From Amphiscolops sp. MND2022 (taxonomy: Eukaryota), in assembly GCA_964187785.1 (NCBI GenBank), contig OZ076415.1, positions 60,760,001 to 60,824,000 on the forward strand: 64,000 nucleotides of DNA, given 5' to 3'. Made by a program: the position numbers and the translations under genes. How positions within the stretch are numbered: the first letter of the stretch is position 1; the number at the start of each line of letters is the position of its first letter. Of the stretch, positions 39,601 to 51,600 are shown in pieces. The notes below the pieces were generated by a model. That model ran no database searches, was not told the DNA's origin, and worked only from the letters and a program-made list of their open reading frames with translations.

Positions 39601-42600
39601 TGACTCGAAAGAGCCTCGTTCAAACGTAAGCATCACGAACAACAGGCAACAGAGGACACCAACCAAAGAACAGACATTGCGAAACTAACGAAAGTAAACA
39701 AGAACTCCTCAGAACTGTTGTAATCATTGACTGAAAGACACACCAGGGTTCACCCATTGCTGGGAGGTGACTCGAAACACCCTCGTTCAAACGTAAGCAT
39801 TACTTGATTAACAGGAAACAGAGGACACCAATCGATGACCATTGCGAAATTAACGGAAGTAAACAAAAAGAGCTTCTCAGAACGGTTGTAATCATTGACT
39901 GAAGGAGACACCAGGGTTCACCCATTGCTGGGAGGTGACTCGAAGCAGCCTCGTTCAAACGTAAGCATCACTTGATTAACAGGAAACAGAGGACACCAAT
40001 CGATGACCATTGCGAAACTAACGAAAGTAAACAAGAAGAACTCCTCAGAACAGTTTCAATCATTGACTGAAAGACACACCAGGCTTCACCCATTGCTGGG
40101 AGGTGACTTGAAACAGCCTCGTTCAAACGTAAGCATCACTTGATTAACAGAAAACAGAGGACACCAATCGATGACCATTGCGAAATTAACGAAAGTAAAC
40201 AAAAAGAACTTCTCAGAAGGGTTGTACTCATTGACTGAAGGAGACACCAGGGTTCACCCATTGCTGGGAGGTGACTCGAAACAGCCTCGTTCAAACGTAA
40301 GCATCACGAACAACAGGCAACAGAGGACACCAACCAAAGAACAGACATTGCGAAACTAACGAAAGTAAAGAACTCCTCAGAACTGTTGTAATCATTGACT
40401 GAAAGACACACCAGGGTTCACCCATTGCTGGGAGGTGACTCGAAACACCCTCGTTCAAACGTAAGCATTACTTGATTAACAGGAAACAGAGGACACCATT
40501 CGATGACCATTGCGAAATTAACGAAAGTAAACAAAAAGAGCTTCTCAGAACGGTTGTAATCATTGACTGAAGGAGACACCAGGGTTCACCCATTGCTGGG
40601 AGGTGACTCGAAACTGCCTCGTTCAAACGTAAGCATCACTTGATTAACAGGAAACAGAGGACACCAATCAATGACCATTGCGAAATTACCGAAAGTAAAC
40701 AAAGAGAACTTCTCAGAACGGTTGTAATCTATGACTGAAAGACACACCAGGGTTCACCCATTGCTGGGAGGTGACTCGAAACAGCCTCGTTCAAACGTAA
40801 GCATCACTTGAATAACAGGCAACAGAGGACACCAACCAAAGAAGAGACATTGCGAAACTAACGAAAGTAAACAAAAATTCCTCAGAACTGTTGTAATCAT
40901 TGACTGAAGGAGACACCAGGGTTCACCCATTGCTGGGAGGTGACTTGAAACAGCCTCGTTCAAACGTAAGCATCACTTGATTAACAGGAAACAGAGGACA
41001 CCAATCATTGACCTTTGCGAAATTAACGAAAGTAAACAAAGATAACTTCTCAGAACGGTTGTAATCATTGACTGAAAGACACACCAGGGTTCACCCATTG
41101 CTGGGAGGTGACTCGAAACAGCCTCGTTCAAACGTAAGCATCACTTGATTAACAGGAAACAGAGGACACCAATCGATGACCATTGCGAAATTAACGAAAG
41201 TAAACAAAAAGAACTTCTCAGAAGGGTTGTACTCATTGACTGAAGGAGACACCAGGGTTCACCCATTGCTGGGAGGTGACTCGAAACAGCCTCGTTCAAA
41301 CGTAAGCATCACGAACAACAGGCAACAGAGGACACCAACCAAAGAACAGACATTGCGAAACTAACGAAAGTAAACAAGAACTCCTCAGAACTGTTGTAAT
41401 CATTGACTGAAAGACACACCAGGGTTCACCCATTGCTGGGAGGTGACTCGAAACACCCTCGTTCAAACGTACGCATTACTTGATTAACAGGAAACAGAGG
41501 ACACCAATCGATGACCATTGCGAAATTAACGAAAGTAAACAAAAAGAGCTTCTCAGAACGGTTGTAATCATTGACTGAAGGAGACACCAGGGTTCACCCA
41601 TTGCTGGGAGGTGACTCGAAACTGCCTCGTTCAAACGTAAGCATCACTTGATTAACAGGAAACAGAGGACACCAATCATTGACCTTTGCGAAATTAACGA
41701 AAGTAAACAAAGAACTTCTCAGAACGGTTGTAATCATTGACTGAAAGACACACCAGGGTTCATCCATTGCTGGGAGGTGACTCGAAACAGCCTCGTTCAA
41801 ACGTAAGCATCACTTGATTAACAGGAAACAGAGGACACCGATCGATGACCATTGCGAAACTAACGAAAGTAAACAAGAAGAACTCCTCAGAACAGTTTCA
41901 ATCATTGACTGAAAGACACACCAGGCTTCACCCATTGCTGGGAGGTGACTTGAAACAGCCTCGTTCAAACGTAAGCATCACTTGATTAACAGAAAACAGA
42001 GGACACCAATCGATGACCATTGCGAAATTAACGAAAGTAAACAAAAAGAACTTCTCAGAAGGGTTGTACTCATTGACTGAAGGAGACACCAGGGTTCACC
42101 CATTGCTGGGAGGTGACTCGAAACAGCCTCGTTCAAACGTAAGCATCACGAACAACAGGCAACAGAGGACACCAACCAAAGAACAGACATTGCGAAACTA
42201 ACGAAAGTAAACAAGAACTCCTCAGAACTGTTGTAATCATTGACTGAAAGACACACCAGGGTTCACCCATTGCTGGGAGGTGACTCGAAACACGCTCGTT
42301 CAAACGTAAGCATTACTTGATTAACAGGAAACAGAGGACACCAATCGATGACCATTGCGAAATTAACGAAAGTAAACAAAAAGAGCTTCTCAGAACGGTT
42401 GTAATCATTGACTGAAGGAGACACCAGGGTTCACCCATTGCTGGGAGGTGACTCGAAACAGCCTCGTTCAAACGTAAGCATCACTTGATTAACAGGAAAC
42501 AGAGGACACCAATCAATGACCATTGCGAAATTAACGAAAGTAAACAAAGAGAACTTCTCAGAACGGTTGTAATCATTGACTGAAAGACACACCAGGGTTC

Positions 42601-45600
42601 ACCCATTGCTGGGAGGTGACTCGAAACAGCCTCGTTCAAACGTAAGCATCACTTGAATAACAGGCAACAGAGGACACCAACCAAAGAAGACATTGCGAAA
42701 CTAACGAAAGTAAACAAGAACTCCTCAGAACTGTTGTAATCATTGACTGAAGGAGACACCAGGGTTCACCCATTGTTGGGAGGTGACTCAAAACAGCCTC
42801 GTTCAAACGTAAGCATCACTTGATTAACAGGAAACAGAGGACACCAATCGATGACCATTGCGAAATTAACGAAAGTTAACAAAAAAAACTTCTCAGAACG
42901 GTTGTAATCATTGACTGAAGGAGACACAAGTGTTCACCCATTGCTGGGAGGTGACTCGAAACAGCCTCGTTCAAACGTAAGCATCACGAACAACAGGCAA
43001 CAGAGGACACCAACCAAAGAACAGACATTGCGAAACTAACGAAAGTAAACAAGAACTCCTCAGAACTGTTGTAATCATTGACTGAAAGACACACCAGGGT
43101 TCACCCATTGCTGGGAGGTGACTCGAAACACCCGCGTTCAAACGTAAGCATTACTTGATTAACAGGAAACAGAGGACACCAATCGATGACCATTGCGAAA
43201 TTAACAAAAGTAAACAAAAAGAACTTCTCAGAACGGTTGTAATCATTGACTGAAGGAGACACCAGGGGTCACCCATTGCTGGGAGGTGACTCGAAACAGC
43301 CTCGTTCAAACGTAAGCATCACTTGATTAACAGGAAACAGAGGACACCAATCATTGACCTTTGCGAAATTAACGAAAGTAAACAAAGAGAACTTCTCAGA
43401 ACGGTTGTAATCATTGACTGAAAGACACACCAGGGTTCACCCATTGCTGGGAGGTGACTCGAAACAGCCTCGTTCAAACGTAAGCATCACTTGATTAACA
43501 GGAAACAGAGGACACCAATCGATGACCATTGCGAAATAAACGAAAATTAGCAAAAAGAACTTCTCAGAACGGTTGTATTTATTGACCGAAGGAGACACCA
43601 GGGTTCACCTATTGCTGGGAGGTGACTAGAAACAGCCTCGTTCAAACGGAAGCATCACTTGAATAACAGGCAACAGAGGACACCAACCAAAGAAGAGATT
43701 GCGAAACTAACGAGAGTAAACAAGAACTCCTCAGAACTGTTGTAATCATTGACTGAAGGAGACACCCGGGTTTACCCATTGCTGGGAGGTGACTCAAAAC
43801 AGCCTCGTTCAAACGTAAGCATCACTTGATTAACAGGAAACAGAGGACACCAATCGATGACCATTGCGAAATTAACGAAAGTTAACAAAAAGAACTTCTC
43901 AGAACGGTTGTAATCATTGACTGAAGGAGACACAAGGGTTCACCCATTGCTGGGAGGTGACTCGAAACAGCCTCGTTCAAACGTAAGCATCACTTGAATA
44001 AGAGGAAACAGAGGACACCAATCATTGACCTTTGCGAAATTAACGAAAGTAAACAAAGAGAACTTCTCAGAACGGTTGTAATCATTGACTGAAAGACACA
44101 CCAGGGTTCACCCATTGCTGGGAGGTGACTCGAAACAGCCTCGTTCAAACGTAAGCATCACTTGATTAACAGGAAACAGAGGACACCAATCGATGACCAT
44201 TGCGAAATTAACGAAAATTAGCAAAAAGAACTTCTCAGAACGGTTGTATTCATTGACTGAAGGAGACACCAGGGTTCACCTATTGCTGGGAGGTGACTCG
44301 AAACAGCCTCGTTCAAACGGAAGCATCACTTGAATAACAGGCAACAGAGGACACCAACCAAAGAGATTGCGAAACTAACGAAAGTAAACAAGAACTCCTC
44401 AGAACTGTTGTAATCATTGACTGAAGGAGACACCCGGGTTTACCCATTGCTGGGAGGTGACTCAAAACAGCCTCGTTCAAACGTAAGCATCACTTGATTA
44501 ACAGGAAACAGAGGACACCAATCGATGACCATTGCGAAATTAACGAAAGTTAACAAAAAGAACTTATCAGAACGGTTGTAATCATTGACTGAAGGAGACA
44601 CAAGGGTTCACCCATTGCTGGGAGGTGACTCGAAACAGCCTCGTTCAAACGTAAGCATCACTTGAATAACAGGCAACAGAGGACACCAACCAAAGAAGAG
44701 ACATTGCGAAACTAACGAAAGTAAACAAGAACTCCTCAGAACTGTTGTAGTCATTGACTGAAGGAGACACCAGGGTTCACCCATTGCTGGGAGGTGGCTC
44801 AAAACAGCCTCGTTCAAACGTAAGCATCACTTGATTAACAGGAAACAGAGGACACCAATCAATGACCATTGCGAAATTAACGAAAGTTAACAAAAAGAAC
44901 TTCTCAGAACGGTTGTAATCATTGACTGAAGGAGACACCAGGGTTCACCCATTGCTGGGAGGTGACTCAAAACAGCCTCGTTCAAACGTAAGCATAACTT
45001 GAATAACAGGCAACAGAGGACACCAACCAGAGAAGAGACATTGCGAAACTAATGAAAGTAAACAAGAACTCCTCAGAACTGTTGTAATCATTGACTGAAG
45101 GAGACACCAGGGTTCACCCATTGCTGGGAGGTGACTCAAAACAGCCTCGTTCAAACGTAAGCATCACTCGATTAACAGGAAACAGGACACCAATCAATGA
45201 CCATTGCGAAATTAACGTAAGTAAACAAAAAGAACTTCTCAGAACGGTTGTAATCATTGACTGAAAGACACACCAGGGTTCACCCATTGCTGGGAGGTGA
45301 CTCGAAACACCCTCGTTCAAACGTAAGCATTACTTGATTAACAGGAAACAGGACATCAATCGATGACCATTGCGAAATTAACGAAAATTAGCAAAAAGAA
45401 CTTCTCAGAACGGTTGTAATCATTGACTGAAAGACACACCAGGGTTCACCCATTGCTGGGAGGTGACTCAAAACAGCCTCGTTCAAACGTAAGCATAACT
45501 TGAATAACAGGCAACAGAGGACACCAACCAGAGAAGAGACATTGCGAAACTAATGAAAGTAAACAAGAACTCCTCAGAACTGTTGTAATCATTGACTGAA

Positions 45601-48600
45601 GGAGACACCAGGGTTCACCCATTGCTGGGAGGTGACTCAAAACAGCCTCGTTCAAACGTAAGCATCACTCGATTAACAGGAAACAGGACACCAATCAATG
45701 ACCATTGCGAAACTAACGAAAGTAAACAAGAACTCCTCAGAACTGTTGTAGTCATTGACTGAAGGAGACACCAGGGTTCACCCATTGCTGGGAGGTGGCT
45801 CAAAACAGCCTCGTTCAAACGTAAGCATCACTTGATTAACAGGAAACAGAGGACACCAATCAATGACCATTGCGAAATTAACGAAAGTTAACAAAAAGAA
45901 CTTCTCAGAACGGTTGTAATCATTGACTGAAGGAGACACCAGGGTTCACCCATTGCTGGGAGGTGACTCAAAACAGCCTCGTTCAAACGTAAGCATAACT
46001 TGAATAACAGGCAACAGAGGACACCAACCAGAGAAGAGACATTGCGAAACTAATGAAAGTAAACAAGAACTCCTCAGAACTGTTGTAATCATTGACTGAA
46101 GGAGACACCAGGGTTCACCCATTGCTGGGAGGTGACTCAAAACAGCCTCGTTCAAACGTAAGCATCACTCGATTAACAGGAAACAGGACACCAATCAATG
46201 ACCATTGCGAAATTAACGTAAGTAAACAAAAAGAACTTCTCAGAACGGTTGTAATCATTGACTGAAAGACACACCAGGGTTCACCCATTGCTGGGAGGTG
46301 ACTCGAAACACCCTCGTTCAAACGTAAGCATTACTTGATTAACAGGAAACAGGACATCAATCGATGACCATTGCGAAATTAACGAAAATTAGCAAAAAGA
46401 ACTTCTCAGAACGGTTGTAATCATTGACTGAAAGACACACCAGGGTTCACCCATTGCTGGGAGGTGACTCAAAACAGCCTCGTTCAAACGTAAGCATAAC
46501 TTGAATAACAGGCAACAGAGGACACCAACCAGAGAAGAGACATTGCGAAACTAATGAAAGTAAACAAGAACTCCTCAGAACTGTTGTAATCATTGACTGA
46601 AGGAGACACCAGGGTTCACCCAGTGCTGGGAGGTGACTCAAAACAGCCTCGTTCAAACGCAAGCATCACTTGATTAACAGGAAACAGGACACCAATCAAT
46701 GACCATTGCGAAATTAACGTAAGTAAACAAAAAGAACTTCTCAGAACGGTTGTAATCATTGACTGAAAGACACACCAGGGTTCACCCATTGCTGGGAGGT
46801 GACTCGAAACACCCTCGTTCAAACGTAAGCATTACTTGATTAACAGGAAACAGGACATCAATCGATGACCATTGCGAAATTAACGAAAATTAGCAAAAAG
46901 AACTTCTCAGAACGGTTGTATTCATTGACTGAAGGAGACACCAGGGTTCACCCATTGCTGGGAGGTGACTCGAAACAGCCTCGTTCAAACGGAAGCATCA
47001 CTTGAATAACAGGCAACAGAGGACACCAACCAAAGAAGAGATTGCGAAACTAACGAAAGTAAACAAGAACTCCTCAGAACTGTTGTAATCATTGACTGAA
47101 GGAGACACCAGGGTTTACCCATTGCTGGGAGGTGACTCAAAACAGCCTCGTTCAAACGTAAGCATCACTTGATTAACAGGAAACAGAGGACACCAATCAA
47201 TGACCATTGCGAAATTAACGAAAGTAAACAAAGAGAACTTCTCAGAACGGTTGTAATCATTGACTGAAAGACACACCAGGGTTCACCCATTGCTGGGAGG
47301 TGACTCGAAACAGCCTCGTTCAAACGTAAGCATCACTTGAATAACAGGCAACAGAGGACACCAACCAGAGAAGAGACATTGCGAAACTAATGAAAGTAAA
47401 CAAGAACTCCTCAGAACTGTTGTAATCATTGACTGAAGGAGACACCAGAGTTCACCCATTGCTGGGAGGTGACTCAAAACAGCCTCGTTGAAACGTAAGC
47501 ATCACTTGATTAACAGGAAACAGGACACCAATCAATGACCATTGCGAAATTAACGAAAGTAAACAAAAAGAACTTCTCAGAACGGTTGTAATCATTGACT
47601 GAAAGACACACCAGGGTTCACCCATTGCTGGGAGGTGACTCGAAACACCCTCGATCAAACGTAAGCATTACTTGATTAACAGGAAACAGAGGACACCAAT
47701 CGATGACCATTGCGAAATTAACGAAAATTAGCATAAGAACTTCTCAGAACGGTTGTAATCATTGACTGAAGGAGACACAAGGGTTCACCCATTGCTGGGA
47801 GGTGACTCGAAACAGCCTCGTTCAAACGTAAGCATCACTTGAATAACAGGCAACAGAGGACAGCAACCAAAGAAGAGACATTGCGAAACTAACGAAAGTA
47901 AACAAGAACTCCCAGAACTGTTGTAATCATTGACTGAAGGAGACACCAGGGTTCACCCATTGCTGGGAGGTGGCTCAAAACAGCCTCGTTCAAACGTAAG
48001 CATCACTTGATTAACAGGAAACAGAGGACACCAATCAATGACCATTGCGAAATTAACGAAAGTTAACAAAAAGAACTTTTCAGAACGGTTGTAATCATTG
48101 ACTGAAGGAGACACCAGGGTTCACCCATTGCTGGGAGGTGACTCGAAACAGCCTCGTTCAAACGTAAGCATACCTTGAATAACAGGCAACAGAGGACACC
48201 AACCAGAGAAGAGACATTGCGAAACTAATGAAAGTAAACAAGAACTCCTCAGAACTGTTGTAATCATTGACTGAAGGAGACACCAGGGTTCACCCATTGC
48301 TGGGAGGTGACTCAAAACAGCCTCGTTCAAACGTAAGCATCACTTGATTAACAGGAAACAGGACACCAATCAATGACCATTGCGAAATTAACGAAAGTAA
48401 ACAAAAAGAACTTCTCAGAACGGTTGTAATCATTGACTGAAAGACACACCAGGGTTCACCCATTGCTGGGAGGTGACTCGAAACACCCTCGTTCAAACGT
48501 AAGCATTACTTGATTAACAGGAAACAGAGGATACCAATCGATGACCATTGCGAAATTAACGAAAGTAAACAAAAAGAACTTCTCAGAACGGTTGTAATCA

Positions 48601-51600
48601 TTGACTGAAGGAGACACCAAGGTTCACCCATTGCCGGGAGGGGACTCGAAACAGCCCCGTTCAAACGTAAGCATCTCTTGAATAACAGGCAACAGAGGGC
48701 ACTAATCAATGAACAGACATTGCGAAACACGAAAGGAAACAAGAAGAACTCATCAGAACGATTGTAATCATTGACTGAATGAGACACCAGGGTTCACCCA
48801 TTGCTGGAACGTGACTCGAAACAGCCTCGTTCAGATAACTTGAATAAAAGGCAACACAATACTTAAATCAATGGACAGACATTGCGAAACTAACGCATTG
48901 CGAAAAGACATTTGAAACTTTTCTGAACGTTTGTAATCATTGACTGAATGAGACACCAGGGTTCAATCGTCAACAACACACAAGACAGTTATGAATACTA
49001 TCAATAAGGTACGCAAACGCGAGGGATTGTCCCAAAGGTACGAATCGGAGAAAAGACTAGTGACTTCAAGGGCAAAAAATTACAATAAATACACGTGAAT
49101 GGTAACGCATTTCGAGCTAATCAATGCATGTTAAGAGGTGAAGTTGCAACGTTCTAAATTACAAACAATGCATATATGTTATTTACTTATTCGTCAATCG
49201 CCTTAAACTTTGCATACTCTGTGATTGGCCTAGAAACAAACCTTTGGTTTTATCTTTGTCCATACCGCGGAGTGACACTTAGCGAGACATTTGTGTCCAC
49301 ATTTATCGATGATCATCTCGCACACTTTGTCACAGGGTGGGCAGTAGCCAGAATGGCATTTATGGGGCTTGGCAGTCGGGTGATGACACGAAGGAGGCCT
49401 CCTGTGAATCAAAACACATCAGTCACTTTGGAGCAAAATATCTCCATAGTAAACGTTGAAATCAAATATTCAAATATTTTTTCGTAGCCTTGTTGAAACA
49501 AGGGACACCTCAGGACATTTTTGCTCAAAAATTTGCTCAAAAATTGATAATCGTAGTTGAAAATGCTGTTCACATCCTAGAATTCAAGTTATGAGATTTC
49601 AAATGAAGTTCAAAATGCTTCACGACCGTAACATTATCAGATGAAGTTTTTAATAGCAGCTTTCGGTGAAAAGCTTCGGTGGGGATGCCTGGCTTCAAAC
49701 GTACGTGCCAAAATTGGCTGTTTTTAGGAAAAAAACTCACGTACTTCAGTTGTGGATCGTTAATTGAATTTGGTCAAACGACAACATTCGAATGAGTTCA
49801 AACAACGGTCACAGTTTCACATAGAAAAACCCGGTGAAGCACTTTGTCAGTGCTTTGAGTAAAAGCTACTATTGGCTGCTAATACATGCAGAAAAATATA
49901 CAATTACTTGTCTAGAGTATTTATATTTTAAAAAAATTCGGGGGAAAATTTCTTCAGGGGTCAATAGGTCAGGTTAGAGATGATATCTCACATGCAGCTC
50001 TTCTGGCAGTTGGGTCTTTTGACGACCTTTTCGCGGCCACATGGCACTTCTATGGAGGTGGCTCCACACGGACAGGACAGTACCTTGGTCTGCTGACAGG
50101 GGTAGCAGGGTCCAGCGTGGCATCTCTGCTGGCACCGGTGGTTGGCACATGGCAAGTTCTTCAGACACACTTGATCGCACGGTGCACAGTCCCCCACACA
50201 ACACTTCTTCTTACACTGAAACACATCCACATTAATCGTGGTTGGCTTTCATTTGGATTGAAATTATTGATTGAAAACCACAAGGCAAAAAACCAATTAT
50301 TCAACGATAAATTGAGTAATTTCATCTCAGAGCAAGTTTTTGGATGTTTCGGTTCCGAGTCGGTTTATAGTCTTCGATATAGCTTGGTTGGAGGTGCTGA
50401 AAACGCGCTCCAATTGTCTTCAGTTCGGAGGAAAAGGCAATCGGCTGGACAATAGAGATGAATGGAGATTGGGACATCTCCCACAGAAATTCAGCGGACA
50501 AAAATAATGAGGGAAAAGCTTTTGAAAAAACGAGAAAATCGGCTGCATCTCTAATTCTAATTGTTTTTCGAAAAACTTTTGCAGAAAGCCGGGAAACGAT
50601 TTCCTAACAGTAGCAAATTTCTTCAACATATTTTTATGTTGACAAAAACTGCTATTTCAAAATACTCATTCAGGAAATTTTTTTCGGTTGTTTGAAAAAC
50701 ATTGCCAGCACTCATGATTGTCGTCGACGCAGTTTGAATTACATGTACCTGATGTCTGCCACAGTTGCGATAGTTGCCACATTTCAGATCGCAAGTGAAG
50801 TTTTGGGAGCACTGGATGAGTCTGGTTTTCCTAGTGCAGGGACACTGCTTCCTCACTGGCTCCTTACAGGAACCACAGTCCCCCGAGTGACACCTCTCGC
50901 TGCAGAAGTGGTCCCCACAGGCCAGCAGTTTGCCACACTCATTGTCACACGTGGCAGCAACGTCGGTGCACTCCAGTCTGGAGTAGGTCACTGAGCCACA
51001 GGGACACGTTCTATTGGCAAGCAGGGGTCACCCTTTATATTACAATACCAATATATTGCAACTCATCAGCGATTGCGCTATTAATAACTAACTCCGATAG
51101 TTTAGAAAATAGCTAAAGCAACAAATTTTGTGCTTCGTTCTCAGTCGATGACACTGTCATAGTCAAAATCACTCAGCAATGTCACTATTCAGATCTTGAG
51201 TAAATCAACTGTATACAAGCATAGTAGGACAAACATTGTTTCTACCATTTTTATGCATCAAAATGAAGTTTCCTCCAAGCGCGGGTACAAAACGTCTTCA
51301 CCACTTGAAAATGAAACGTTTCTCTACAGTTTCAGTACAAATTAAATACCTTGGAAGGATTGAATTGCTTTCATTTTTGTGTTCAAAAATGGCATTGGCT
51401 ACTGACTGGCAAAACAAAAACCAGCGTTTAATGGAGTTACACCAGTGACTACAAGTAGGGGAACCCTGCCTATTGCCGCTATTGGGGCACTGGCCACAAC
51501 CATCGGGCGAGGACACGTGGCAGGTAGCTTTGCATGTATGCTGGCCACAATCGAACAACTTGCCACACACAGTCTCACACTTCCATTGGACACTGGAGCA

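Noticed and set aside
36047-48787. Dozens of 62-93 aa ORFs (MNEAV..., MTIAKL...)
   Set aside because: They are by-products of the satellite period, occur on both strands and are broken by frequent indels
35765-48965. CRISPR array interpretation of the long repeat
   Set aside because: The whole ~168-bp unit repeats with no unique spacers; the context is eukaryotic and there are no cas genes
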